64,000 bases of DNA from Treponema sp. GTDB lineage: Bacteria > Spirochaetota > Spirochaetia > Treponematales > Breznakiellaceae. The notes beneath the pieces are model-generated. The model saw nothing but the letters and a program-made list of their open reading frames with translations, was not told where the DNA came from and did no database searches. Positions 40,240 to 49,986 of the stretch are shown here, piece by piece (position 1 is the first letter of the stretch; each line of letters begins with the position of its first letter). The position numbers were made by a program, and so were the translations under genes. The stretch is taken from assembly GCA_031265845.1 (NCBI GenBank), contig JAISCC010000016.1:2763-66762 (forward strand), read 5' to 3'.

Positions 40240-41016
40240 TTAAGCGGACGGCAACCCAAAGAAACGGTTGGAATTTTCCCACAGTTGCCGTCCCACCGCC
40301 TCCCTGTCCATGCCAAGCATGTGCGCAAGGCAATGCGCGGTGATGGGGAGGTATTTCGGCAGGTTGCGCTTGCCTCGATGTTCGGCAGGCACCATAAACG
40401 GGCTTTCCGATTCGATGAGCATCCTGTCAAGCGGGATCACGCCAATGGTTTCATGGAGATTCTTTGCGTTTTTGTAGGTTAAATTGCCCGCAAACGAGAA
40501 GTACAGGTTGAGGCGGAGCGCGCGTTTCGCGTATTCGGCGTTTTCCGAGTAGCAGTGCAGGACGCCTCCCCGCGGCGGTAGCCGATCCCGCAAAACATCG
40601 AGTAAGTCTTTGCCCGCGTTGCGGTTGTGTATGATTGCCGGCAGGTTGAACTTTGCCGCCATGTCGAGTTGATTGATAAACAGTTCGATCTGCGATTTCC
40701 TGTTGCCGGAGCTGCGGAAGTAATCAAGCCCGGTCTCGCCTATGGCAATGACATGGGGCAGGCGTACGCTTTGTTCTATCACTTGAATCCAATCCCTGCC
40801 CGGCGTTTGCACTTCGACAGGGGAGACCCCCACGGCGAAGTAGACATTTTCGGATGATCTCAAATTCTTATAGACTTGCTGAAAATCATAAAGATTGTTG
40901 CAAATCGACATGAGACGGGAGACGCCGGCTTGACGAGATTCTTGAATAACCATAAGCTGTTCAATAGGGTCATCATAAATGAGCCCTAAATGGGCGTGAG
41001 TATCAAAGTACTGCAT
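40240..41016 (-). CDS. tatD: TatD-family metal-dependent hydrolase/DNase
   Basis: MQYFDTHAHL start, GETGLDY, HNRNA, VLHCYS, ESESPFM motifs. Start moved to 41016. Confidence 0.8.
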   Translation of the reverse strand: MQYFDTHAHLGLIYDDPIEQLMVIQESRQAGVSRLMSICNNLYDFQQVYKNLRSSENVYFAVGVSPVEVQTPGRDWIQVIEQSVRLPHVIAIGETGLDYFRSSGNRKSQIELFINQLDMAAKFNLPAIIHNRNAGKDLLDVLRDRLPPRGGVLHCYSENAEYAKRALRLNLYFSFAGNLTYKNAKNLHETIGVIPLDRMLIESESPFMVPAEHRGKRNLPKYLPITAHCLAHMLGMDREAVGRQLWENSNRFFGLPSA

Positions 41017-41268
41017 GATTAAATCCACAAAGAAAGGTTTATCTATTTCCAAACTGGATGTAAGAAATATAGCACAGGTTTGGCAAACCGTCAACAGAAA
41101 TTATCAATAAATTTTGCCCGGCGCGTTCAGAGGACGCGGCGTTAAACCGTTATGACTCGGTTGCGAATAAAACTTTACTTTTATTGCAATTTGGAGTAGA
41201 CTGAAAGTCTATGAGATGCATATCTAGACGCATGTCTAAAAAAAGGCGCATGTCTAAAGGATTGTAAG

Positions 41269-42123
41269 ATGGAAGAACGTGATATAAAGTTGTCGTTTTT
41301 GTCAAAGGACGAGATCGTCTGCCCCGCGTGCGAGACTGTTTTTCACCGTGAAGAATTGCTGTCGGGCGGCGGCAGGCTCATAGCCGGCGAGCTTACCGAT
41401 GAACTGCACCGCGTGTACGAGCCTTCCGCAAAATATGGGGAAGTCTACCCTCTCGCCTATCAAGCTACGGTATGCCCCGAATGTTGGTATGCGGCTATAG
41501 ACAAGGATTTCGCGCTTCTGGACGAAGATTTGTGTTTTGATGTCAGTCAATCCCGCGATGAAAGAAGAGACGAGGTTGAGCTTCTGTTTCCCGGCGTCGA
41601 CTTCTATCAGAACAGGACGTTAATGGCGGGAGCCGCATCCCAATACTTGGTGTTGCGCTGTTACGACTATTTCTCAAAAAATTTCTCTCCTACCATTAAG
41701 CAAGGGATGGCGGCTTTGCGCGTCGCGTGGCTCTGTGAAGATTTGCACAAAAAGACGCCTAACGAGCATTACGATTGGGTCGCAACCCTCTTTAAGAAAA
41801 AAGCCCAGTATCTGTACGAAAGAGCGGTGGCATTTGAGCAGACAGGAGAGGAGGCTCTCTCCGCAGTGAAAAATCTGGGTCCGGATGTGGATAAAAACTA
41901 CGGGTATGAGGGCGTTCTCTATCTTGAGGGGCTTCTCACGCTGAAATATGAGTGCGCCGGTACTGTTGAGCAACGCAACGCAACGCTTGAAAGCGCCAAA
42001 CGCACCATTGCCAAGATGTTCGGTTTAGGAAAGTCGTCCAAAAACAAGCCGGGCCCCTTGTTGGAACATGCTAAAAATCTTTATAACCGCATCAAGAAAG
42101 AATTGAATGACATTGATGAATGA
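41269..42123 (+). CDS. DUF2225-type protein (zinc-ribbon + helical domain)
   Basis: CPACETVF...SGGGRL...VCPECWYAA pattern at the N-terminus, helical C-terminal part. Confidence 0.55.
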   Translation: MEERDIKLSFLSKDEIVCPACETVFHREELLSGGGRLIAGELTDELHRVYEPSAKYGEVYPLAYQATVCPECWYAAIDKDFALLDEDLCFDVSQSRDERRDEVELLFPGVDFYQNRTLMAGAASQYLVLRCYDYFSKNFSPTIKQGMAALRVAWLCEDLHKKTPNEHYDWVATLFKKKAQYLYERAVAFEQTGEEALSAVKNLGPDVDKNYGYEGVLYLEGLLTLKYECAGTVEQRNATLESAKRTIAKMFGLGKSSKNKPGPLLEHAKNLYNRIKKELNDIDE

Positions 42124-42904
42124 GAAAGGCTCAAACCGGAACATCAGATTGCTGATTGCCTATGACGGCACTGATTTTTCGGGCTGGCAAACGCAGAAAA
42201 TGCAAAAAGCGGCGCGTCGTACGGTGCAGGGGCGCATAGAAGAAGCCCTGCAAAAGCTGCACAAACATCCGGTGAGTCTCGCCGGTTCCGGGCGCACGGA
42301 TGCGGGCGTTCACGCCGCCGGTCAGATCGCCAACTTTTACACCGATATACAGGGCATGTCCCCTGAACGCTTCACGCCCGCGCTGAACAGCCTTTTGCCG
42401 CGGGATGTGCGCGTCCTTGCGGCTGAGGAAACCCACAGCGGCTTTCACGCCCGTTTCGACGCGCGGGCGCGGACGTACCGGTATCATATCATCGCGGGCA
42501 GACACGCCCTTCCCCACGAATTGCGGTATGCGTTGCAAGTGTGGAACCATCCTTCCATAGAGCGGCTCAATTCCTATGCGCGGCTCCTTCGGGGCGAGAT
42601 GGATTGCTCCACATTTGCAACGCCGAAGGATCCCAGCGAATCCCGCTTCCGGTACATTTTCAACGCCTGCTTTTTTATACAGGGGGATGTCCTTGTCTTT
42701 GAGATTACGGCAAACGCCTTTTTATGGAAGATGGCGCGTTCCATTGCGGGAACCCTGCTGTTTTGCGAGGAGAAAGACGTGTCCGCATCCGAGTTTCAAT
42801 CGCTTGTCGACAGCAAAGACAGAAGCAGGGCAGGGCCGACCGCTCCGCCGCAGGGTCTGTTTTTGTGGAACATAGCGTATGGCGGGGCGCGCCGCGGATT
42901 TTAG
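42107..42904 (+). CDS. truA: tRNA pseudouridine(38-40) synthase TruA
   Basis: IAYDGTDFSGWQ, GSGRTDAGVHA, RYHI motifs. Confidence 0.85.
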   Translation: MTLMNEKGSNRNIRLLIAYDGTDFSGWQTQKMQKAARRTVQGRIEEALQKLHKHPVSLAGSGRTDAGVHAAGQIANFYTDIQGMSPERFTPALNSLLPRDVRVLAAEETHSGFHARFDARARTYRYHIIAGRHALPHELRYALQVWNHPSIERLNSYARLLRGEMDCSTFATPKDPSESRFRYIFNACFFIQGDVLVFEITANAFLWKMARSIAGTLLFCEEKDVSASEFQSLVDSKDRSRAGPTAPPQGLFLWNIAYGGARRGF

Positions 42905-42982
42905 CAAGTGGATTAGCAAACGGCGATGACGCATGAGCGATTGCCTTCCATCTGTCCGCTTCGTGTCTGAGAGCGGGCGCAT

Positions 42983-42995
42983 GGTGTCAGACACC
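42983..42995. repeat. REP-like palindrome
   Basis: gcgcATGGTGTCAGACACC. Confidence 0.6.
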
Positions 42996-43017
42996 ATTGC
43001 GTTTACCAAAGAATAGG

Positions 43018-43087
43018 GTCCGCGAATTGCGCAAATGAACGCGAATGAAGACGAAAAAATATTCGCGGACATTCGCGTTCATTTGCG
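43018..43087. repeat. Interleaved inverted repeats (A-B-A'-B')
   Basis: A GTCCGCGAAT (43018-43027), B CGCAAATGAACGCGAATG (43030-43047), A' ATTCGCGGAC (43061-43070), B' CATTCGCGTTCATTTGCG (43070-43087). B/B' is a perfect 18-mer pair. Confidence 0.7.
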
Positions 43088-43132
43088 GACAAAAAAATAG
43101 CGAGTCCCTGCGCTTAGCGCAAAACCCCGCAT

Positions 43133-43145
43133 GGTGTCAGACACG
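43133..43145. repeat. REP-like palindrome (one mismatch)
   Basis: ccgcATGGTGTCAGACACG, with the same ATGG prefix as the copy at 42983. Confidence 0.55.
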
Positions 43146-43200
43146 CCCCTGTATGTCACGGAACCACCGCCTCGACTATCTCTCCAAAAGACCCCTTTCC

Positions 43201-43830
43201 TCATTCCCGCTCAATCTCCCAGCGTCCGCACATATACACCCGCTTGCCCCGGTCCTGTTCGCCGAATTGCAACACGCACGGGGAAGCCGTGTCAAACGCG
43301 GACAAGAACAATTCCTTTTCAATGTCCACCGGAAAATGATCGAGTATAGCCCAGCGGATTTCTATGCCGTGGACATGGAGCGGCTTCCCCCGCCCGCCGC
43401 TTTCGCTGTCGTGGCAATAGATCAGGATTTCTCGCGGGTTTTTCAGGCGGATGATCAGTGCTGGCACGGACTTCGGGCGGTTGCACCGGGCTTCTGCCTT
43501 CACTATACACCGGCAAACCCATGCGCTCCCTATCCTCGTCGGTAACGTTGGGGTTGTAAAGCAGATACGCCTTGCAATAGACCCGGACAGCCTTTTTCAG
43601 GGCGTTCCTGCTTTCATTTTTGTTCAAGACATCCACTTTTCCCCGGTTGGGGTTCTGGGCAGCCTCGAATTTCGCCTCGCAATCGGTCAAGAGCGCCTCC
43701 AGCGCGGACTGATGGCTGGGAACGAGCCAGCGGGCGAAATGGACAAGAGCGTAGACGTAGAGGACTTTGACAAATTTCAGAAACGCCCCGTCCTTGCGCG
43801 GAAGGTAATCAGTGTTATTAGCTATGCAAT
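43201..43830 (-). pseudogene. Conserved-hypothetical gene: no start, in-frame TAG upstream, one frameshift
   Basis: ...NNTDYLPRKDGAFLKFVKVLYVYALVHFARWLVPSHQSALEALLTDCEAKFEAAQNPNRGKVDVLNKNESRNALKKAVRVYCKAYLLYNPNVTDEDRERMGLPV... continues in another frame as ...KPLHVHGIEIRWAILDHFPVDIEKELFLSAFDTASPCVLQFGEQDRGKRVYMCGRWEIERE*. Confidence 0.4.
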
Positions 43831-43974
43831 ACTCCTTTTTCCCCTTAGCGAGGCGCTGATCGTCTCTCGTCAGGATTTGGTCGTCTATAATCTAATCCCT
43901 GTCGTCTCTAATCCGGTGTTTGACGGCGCCCGTTTGGACGCCGTCGTAGTTCCGTTTGTAGTTTCGCCTGTAGC

Positions 43975-45864
43975 TTAGGATGTTGATTCTACAATAGATA
44001 TTGCGGTATGGTTGCTGCCATACTTGCTGGTATTGCCCCCGGCGGCGGTTGTCGCCGTCACGCCCCATGCGCTGGTGTAGTCCGCCGCCTTTCCGGAAGG
44101 AACGGTAATGGTGATAGTAATGCTGCCACTATACGGCGTGGTATAAGAAAAAACGGAGCTTCCTATAGTTGGCGGCGTTGCTGGCAGGCTTATCGAAGTA
44201 AGTTTATCACAAAAGGCGAAGGCATAGCCGCCTATGGAAGTTGCCGCAGGCAGGCTTACGGTAGCAAGCTTATCACAGCTATAGAATGCGTCACTGCCTA
44301 TGGAAGTCGCCGCAGGCAGGCTTGCCGAAGCAAGGTTGTTATTGGAATAGAATGCATAGGAGCCTATGGAAGTTGCCGAAGACGCTGTTACCGAAGTAAT
44401 CTTTGTATTGTAGTAGAACGCATAGTCGCCTATAGCCGTCACTGAAAGCGTTATATCGCCGCTTGCGGAAGGATAGGCGATCAGTGTTGTCCCCGCCTTG
44501 TTCAGCAACATGCCGCCATTGGCGCTATATTGTGTATTCCCGCTGTCAACCGTTATGCTTGTTAAAGCCGTGCAACGGGCAAAAGAAGCGCCGCTGATTG
44601 TTGTTAGAGAGGCTGGAAGGCTTATTGAAGCAAGGCTCGTGCACCCACTGAACGCAAAGGAGCTTATGGAAGTCGCCGCTGGAAGGCTTATCGAAGCGAG
44701 GCTCGTGCACCCACTGAACGCAAAGGAGCTTATGGAAGTCGCCGCTGGAAGGCTTGCCGAAGCAAGGCTTGTGCAGTCCTCAAAGGCATAGCTTCCTATA
44801 GACGTTGCCGAAGGCAAGGTTACTGAAGCAATCTGTGTATTGTCGGCGAAGGCAAAGCTGTCTATAGCCGTAATATCTGAAAGAGTTATACTACCGCTTG
44901 CGGAAGGATAGGCGATCAATGTTGTCCCCGCCTTGTTCAGCAGCATACCGCCATTGGCGCTAAACTTTGTATTCCCGCTGTCAACCGTTATGCTTGTTAA
45001 AGCCGTGCAATCTCTAAAGGCATAACCGCCGATTGTCGTTAGAGAGGCGGGCAGGCTTATCGACGCGAGGCTTGTACAGCCGCTGAACGCAAGGGTGTTT
45101 ATGGAGGTTATCGAAGGCAGGCTTACCGAAGTAATGACAGTGTTGTTATAGAATATATAGCTGAGGCTTGCTATCTCAGTGATTCCCGTCCCGATTATTT
45201 CTTTAAGGTTGGTAAAAGCTTTGAATGAGGAAGCGGAATAAGTCCCCTCTTTTATGCTTTGCGCCCCATTCGGCAGTACCAAAGACACCACCTTAGCCGC
45301 GCCCGCGCCGGATCCCGGATCAAATTCCGCGCCGCTTATCGTACTCCCTGAAATATCGAGCGCAACGTACTTGCCGGTGCTGTTAATGGCGGAGAGAACT
45401 TCTGTCCAGCCAGCGCCTGCAAGATTGATGCCCAAGGCCACTGGAACCGGATTGTCGGCCGCGATCCCAGCCGAAGCGCTTGCTAAATACGATGTAAGAG
45501 CGCTAATAGAGTCAATCAGATTATCCAGTGGTCCTGCCACTACGGTAACGGTGAAGGTCGCTGTTTTGCCGTTTATCGTTACCGTGATCGTCTTCTCTCC
45601 CGCCGCGCTTGAGTCATAGCCTGAAATATTGGCGGAAGTGACGGTTTCCGCTTTGGTGGATCCGTCCGAATAGATTCCGGTTACCACAAGTCCGGTTACA
45701 TCAAGCGCTTCCCCTATCGCATACACGGTCTTCGTTGGCTGACTGCTTACCGTTAAATACACCAGGGAGGGACTTTCTTCCTCCGGCTCCTTGCAACTGG
45801 CAAGGATCACCGCTAAAAGCGTTAGAAACGCGAACAACGCGTTTTTACCATAGGTACATTTCAT
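43975..45864 (-). CDS. Surface lipoprotein: Ig-like domain + BspA/LrrA-type leucine-rich repeats
   Basis: Lipobox VILASC. Ig-like segment (YLTVSSQPTKTVYAIGEALDVTGLVVTGIYSDGS...TFTVTVV). Many ~22-aa LRR_5-type units (SLPAATSISSFAFSGCTSLASI). Confidence 0.8.
   Translation of the reverse strand: MKCTYGKNALFAFLTLLAVILASCKEPEEESPSLVYLTVSSQPTKTVYAIGEALDVTGLVVTGIYSDGSTKAETVTSANISGYDSSAAGEKTITVTINGKTATFTVTVVAGPLDNLIDSISALTSYLASASAGIAADNPVPVALGINLAGAGWTEVLSAINSTGKYVALDISGSTISGAEFDPGSGAGAAKVVSLVLPNGAQSIKEGTYSASSFKAFTNLKEIIGTGITEIASLSYIFYNNTVITSVSLPSITSINTLAFSGCTSLASISLPASLTTIGGYAFRDCTALTSITVDSGNTKFSANGGMLLNKAGTTLIAYPSASGSITLSDITAIDSFAFADNTQIASVTLPSATSIGSYAFEDCTSLASASLPAATSISSFAFSGCTSLASISLPAATSISSFAFSGCTSLASISLPASLTTISGASFARCTALTSITVDSGNTQYSANGGMLLNKAGTTLIAYPSASGDITLSVTAIGDYAFYYNTKITSVTASSATSIGSYAFYSNNNLASASLPAATSIGSDAFYSCDKLATVSLPAATSIGGYAFAFCDKLTSISLPATPPTIGSSVFSYTTPYSGSITITITVPSGKAADYTSAWGVTATTAAGGNTSKYGSNHTAISIVESTS
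44611..44808. repeat. Near-identical 66-bp (22-codon) tandem repeats inside the LRR gene
   Basis: GCTGGAAGGCTTAT... recurs at 44611, 44677 and 44743. Confidence 0.75.
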
Positions 45865-45950
45865 TCTTTAGCCTCCTCATTTCGCTTTGCATACGCATCC
45901 TTCAACACGCTAAACCAACGGTTTAGATATGCATGGTTGATAACGGCGCA

Positions 45951-45986
45951 TATATAAAAAGCCCGCGGCCATAAGGCCGCGGGCTT
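45951..45986 (-). terminator. Intrinsic terminator on the minus strand, about 90 nt upstream of the LRR start codon
   Basis: Minus strand reads AAGCCCGCGGCC-ttat-GGCCGCGGGCTT followed by TTTTATATAT. Confidence 0.6.
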
Positions 45987-46045
45987 CAAAGAATGAGGCG
46001 CGAAGAATTGAGGCGCAAAAAATCGCGCTGTCTGAATTGCGGCGG

Positions 46046-46138
46046 TTACAAAGCCGTCATGGGGGGGGGGGGGGAATTCTTCGCGCAGGAAAGCGCGTTC
46101 AACGGCTTGTTCTTATAAAAAGAGTTTAATGCATTCAC
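46046..46138 (-). other. Candidate 30-codon leader ORF containing the C14 tract
   Basis: AAGGAG (46151-46156), 12 nt, then GTG. Reads (M)NALNSFYKNKPLNALSCAKNSPPPPMTAL*. Too short for the ORF track; hypothetical. Confidence 0.3.
46061..46074. repeat. Homopolymer G14 (C14 on the minus strand)
   Basis: Counted directly: 46061-46074 are all G. Confidence 0.9.
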
Positions 46139-46213
46139 TTTTTATCAACACTCCTTTTTTGAAGTTTTAGACACGCGAAGCTGTTCCGCCATACGGATTC
46201 GCTTTTAAAAGAA

Positions 46214-46242
46214 AGTATATGCCTTTCATCTTATATTGTCAA
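46214..46242 (-). promoter_or_regulatory. Near-consensus sigma70-type promoter reading toward the leader ORF and LRR gene
   Basis: Minus strand: TTGACA, 17 nt (atataagatgaaaggca), TATACT. Confidence 0.45.
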
Positions 46243-46379
46243 TCGGTGAAAACTGGCGATACAAATTTAACCGATTGCGCTATTGGAAAACTTGTTATAG
46301 TATAGAGTGAAGGGAAGTTCTGTAAACTCCGGTTGAGTTTCTAGAGGTTTCCTTATATTATGAGCGAAGGACTGACGCC

Positions 46380-47453
46380 ATGCACATGACGATACGATGG
46401 TTTGGGAAGGGTTTCGACGCGGTGACGCTTGAACAGATACGCCAGATTCCCTTGGTAAAAGGGGTGATCGCCACTCTTTACGGCACGATTCCCGGTGAAG
46501 TATGGGAAAAAGAAGCCATTGCGGCGCTTAAAAAAGAGGTCGAGGACGCGGGGCTATGCATTGCGGGCATTGAGAGCGTCAATATCCACGACGCCATTAA
46601 GACCGGCGCTCCTGAACGGGACAAATACATAGACAACTATATCACGACGCTGGAACGGCTTGGACAAGCCGACGTTCATCTGGTCTGCTACAACTTCATG
46701 CCGGTGTTCGACTGGACGCGCACCGATCTTGCGAAAAAACTGCCGGACGGCAGCACGACGATGGCGTACGCTCAGAACATCATCGACGCCATCGACCCCA
46801 ATGACATGTCGTCTTTGATTGAGCGGCAGTCGAACGGCTTCACGCTTGCGGGCTGGGAACCGGAGCGGCTCGGCAAACTCAAAGAGTTGTTCGCCTTGTA
46901 CAACGGCGTTACCGAAGAAACGCTCGTTGCGAATCTCGCATACTTTCTTGAAGCCATCATGCCTGTATGTGAAACATACGATATTAAGATGGCCATCCAC
47001 CCGGACGATCCGGGCTGGTCTGTGTTCGGTCTTCCCCGCATTATGAAAAACAAGGATGATCTTGTCCGCCTTGTAACGATGGTGAAAAACCCGTGCAACG
47101 GCGTTACGCTTTGCACCGGAAGCCTCGGAACCAACCCCAAAAACGACATCCCGTCCATAATACCGGCGCTGAAAGGGCGCATCCATTTCGCACATCTCCG
47201 CAATGTCCTGCATACCGGCGACGGGACGTTTGAGGAATCAGCCCACCCTACAAGCTGCGGTTCCCTTGACATGTTCGCCATTGTGAAAGCCCTATACGAC
47301 TCAGGCTTTGACGGGCCCATCCGCCCGGATCACGGACGCGCTATTTGGGGCGAAAAGGGTATGCCGGGCTATGGATTGTATGACCGCGCCTTGGGCGCGG
47401 CCTACCTTAACGGCTTGTGGGAAGCGGTCGAGCGGTTGGGAGGCAAAGCATGA
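46380..47453 (+). CDS. uxuA: Mannonate dehydratase
   Basis: MTIRWFGKGFD...V N-terminus like E. coli UxuA (TWRWYGPNDPV). ~355 aa xylose-isomerase-like barrel. ATGA overlap with the next gene. Confidence 0.8.
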   Translation: MHMTIRWFGKGFDAVTLEQIRQIPLVKGVIATLYGTIPGEVWEKEAIAALKKEVEDAGLCIAGIESVNIHDAIKTGAPERDKYIDNYITTLERLGQADVHLVCYNFMPVFDWTRTDLAKKLPDGSTTMAYAQNIIDAIDPNDMSSLIERQSNGFTLAGWEPERLGKLKELFALYNGVTEETLVANLAYFLEAIMPVCETYDIKMAIHPDDPGWSVFGLPRIMKNKDDLVRLVTMVKNPCNGVTLCTGSLGTNPKNDIPSIIPALKGRIHFAHLRNVLHTGDGTFEESAHPTSCGSLDMFAIVKALYDSGFDGPIRPDHGRAIWGEKGMPGYGLYDRALGAAYLNGLWEAVERLGGKA

Positions 47454-49081
47454 AACTAAACAGCGCCGAATTGTCAAAAAAAGAACAGTGGGAGAAAGCG
47501 GGGATTCTGTTGCCCCAATTCGACAGGAACGCCATGATCGCTGAAACGAAGCGCGCGCCTGAGTGGGCGCATTTCGGAGCCGGGAATATTTTCCGCATAT
47601 TTCCGGCCGCTCTTCAGCAGAGCCTTTTGGAGCGGGGGCTTGCCAGGACGGGCGTTATTGTCGCCGAGGGCTATGACGGCGAGATTATCGACAAGGCGTT
47701 TTCACCCTGCGACAATTTAACGCTGGCCGTCACCTTAAAAGCGGACGGCAGCATTGAGAAGCGGGTGATCGGCAGCGTGGCGCAGGCGTTGAACCTTGAA
47801 AAACCAGATCAGTTTTCCGTTTTGCAAACCATTTTCCGTTCGCCGTCTCTTAAAATGGCGAGTTTCACCATCACCGAAAAAGGCTACAGCCTGAACTCAC
47901 GCGAGGGCGGCTTTTCGCCCGATGTTCAAGCCGACTTTGATTCCTGTGGCGCGGCGAGTTATATAGGAAAAGTGTCCGCGCTCCTTTTGGAACGGTACAA
48001 GGCGGGAGCTTTTCCCATCGCTATGGTGAGCATGGACAACTGTTCCCATAACGGAGACAAACTTTTCGCCGCAGTCTCCGCCTTTGCGGATCAATGGGCG
48101 GCAAAGGGCTTCATTGACAAAGGTTTCGCCGATTATGTGCGGGATAGGGCGAAAGTCGCGTTTCCGTGGTCAATGATCGACAAGATCACGCCGCGCCCGG
48201 ATGAAGGCGTACGGAAAATGCTTGAAGAATCCGGCTTTGAGGATACGGCGGGGCGGATCACCACAAAACAGACCTATATAGCTCCGTTTGTCAACGCTGA
48301 AGAAACCCAGTACCTTGTTATTGAGGATTCCTTTCCCAATGGCAGACCTCCGCTTGAAAAGGCGGGCGTTTTATTTGCCACGAGAGAAACAGTTGACAAA
48401 GTGGAAAAAATGAAGGTGTGTACGTGTCTTAATCCTCTGCACACAAGCCTCGCGGTGTTCGGTTGCCTTTTGGGGTATACCAAGATAAGCGATGAGATGA
48501 AGGACGCGGATCTGGTCGCGCTGATAGAAGGCGTCGGCTACAAGGAAGGGTTGCCGGTTGCAGTCGATCCGGGCGTCCTTTCGCCGAAAGCGTTTATCGA
48601 TCAGGTGGTGCGGGCGCGGCTTCCCAATCCCTTCATGCCCGATACGCCCCAGCGGATCGCCTGCGACACATCCCAGAAGATTCCGATCCGGTTCGGCGAA
48701 ACCATCAAAGCCTATCTTGCGAGCGAAACGCTCAATGTGGAAGATCTGCGCCTTATCCCGCTGACGCTCGCGGCGTGGGCGCGCTACCTGCTTGGGATCG
48801 ACGATACGGGCGCCGCCTTTACTGTAAGCCCTGATCCGCTGTACGAGAGCCTTTTCGCGCATGTGAAGCATATCAAGCTGGGCGATGTCGGCGATTTTCA
48901 TGGCGCCTTGCAGCCGATATTCTCGGACGCCTCCATTTTTGCAGTGAATCTCTATGATGCGGGACTCGGAGCGCGGGTCGAAGGCTTGTTTGCGGAGATG
49001 GCCGTCGGCGTTGGGGCGGTGCGCAACACGTTGCGGAAGTATACGGCGGAGTCGGCGCGTTCAAGCGCGGGCGGGCTATAA
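47450..49081 (+). CDS. uxuB: Mannitol-dehydrogenase-family oxidoreductase, likely fructuronate reductase (D-mannonate oxidoreductase)
   Basis: HFGAGNIFR N-terminal Rossmann motif, MVSMDNCSHNG, DKITPRP motifs. Coupled to uxuA. Start moved to 47450. Confidence 0.7.
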   Translation: MKLNSAELSKKEQWEKAGILLPQFDRNAMIAETKRAPEWAHFGAGNIFRIFPAALQQSLLERGLARTGVIVAEGYDGEIIDKAFSPCDNLTLAVTLKADGSIEKRVIGSVAQALNLEKPDQFSVLQTIFRSPSLKMASFTITEKGYSLNSREGGFSPDVQADFDSCGAASYIGKVSALLLERYKAGAFPIAMVSMDNCSHNGDKLFAAVSAFADQWAAKGFIDKGFADYVRDRAKVAFPWSMIDKITPRPDEGVRKMLEESGFEDTAGRITTKQTYIAPFVNAEETQYLVIEDSFPNGRPPLEKAGVLFATRETVDKVEKMKVCTCLNPLHTSLAVFGCLLGYTKISDEMKDADLVALIEGVGYKEGLPVAVDPGVLSPKAFIDQVVRARLPNPFMPDTPQRIACDTSQKIPIRFGETIKAYLASETLNVEDLRLIPLTLAAWARYLLGIDDTGAAFTVSPDPLYESLFAHVKHIKLGDVGDFHGALQPIFSDASIFAVNLYDAGLGARVEGLFAEMAVGVGAVRNTLRKYTAESARSSAGGL

Positions 49082-49405
49082 CCGCATCTTCTCAGCGTCC
49101 GATTGACGCTCTTATTTCGCTAGAATCAACTGCCCCCAGCTTTTGCCGGGGGCTTAAAAGGAGGCGGCGCGATTTTGGGCAAAGGAATCTGGTATATTGG
49201 CAAAAGAGAAGCGCGAACAGGTGATGGCACGTCATTTCAAGCAAATTTTTGCGCAACAAGCGCAGAGATGGCAAACCGCCCCGATCCGTTGCCGCAAGGC
49301 CGCGTCAGACTGCCATGCGAAGTGTGACCGCACTTCATCGCTTCCTGCATTTGATGGGAGTTATTGTAATTTCATCATCAAAAGCGCTTTAATTGGCATA
49401 TCATT

Positions 49406-49735
49406 TCATACTTTTGCAAATTGCCCATCAATCCACTCTGCATATTTCTTTGCATCGCCATTAAAACAGTCATGCGTCCGTCCAATCTCGACGCCATCGG
49501 CATACAAAACTGTCATTGGTAAATTCCATGATGCGCCAAGCGTATAATAACCAATATCCAAGTCAGCCCCTGATACATCACACATCAAATATCTATATTT
49601 ATTGCGCAGAATACGGTTCTTAGCCTCTCTAAAGCGTCTGTCACCCTCTAGTGTTCCGGGGGACGAGTTGTAGCCGAAATATACGACAACTCTTTTGTTG
49701 TCCGCTCGGTACTGTTCAAATTCTTTTACTGTCAT
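49406..49735 (-). CDS. Hypothetical protein (possible thioredoxin-like fold without CxxC)
   Basis: 109-aa ORF in lower-GC DNA. No motif recognised. Confidence 0.3.
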   Translation of the reverse strand: MTVKEFEQYRADNKRVVVYFGYNSSPGTLEGDRRFREAKNRILRNKYRYLMCDVSGADLDIGYYTLGASWNLPMTVLYADGVEIGRTHDCFNGDAKKYAEWIDGQFAKV

Positions 49736-49986
49736 AATGGAACCTTAAATACTTCCAATTTTAATTAATCATACTATATTTTTGCATTTAGCCAACAAAA
49801 AACCGCTCAAAATAACACTTCACTCTACGTCGTACATTCGACCATTCCGGTTGGCTACACTGACGGCTTAAACCGGCTTTTAAGTGGAAAGCGCCGAGTC
49901 TTAATCAAAAGCAGGTTTATCCTCTAGTCGGGCGTATTTGTATGGATCAATATATCGAAAGTCCGCCGCCGCTTGATTTCGGGCGT

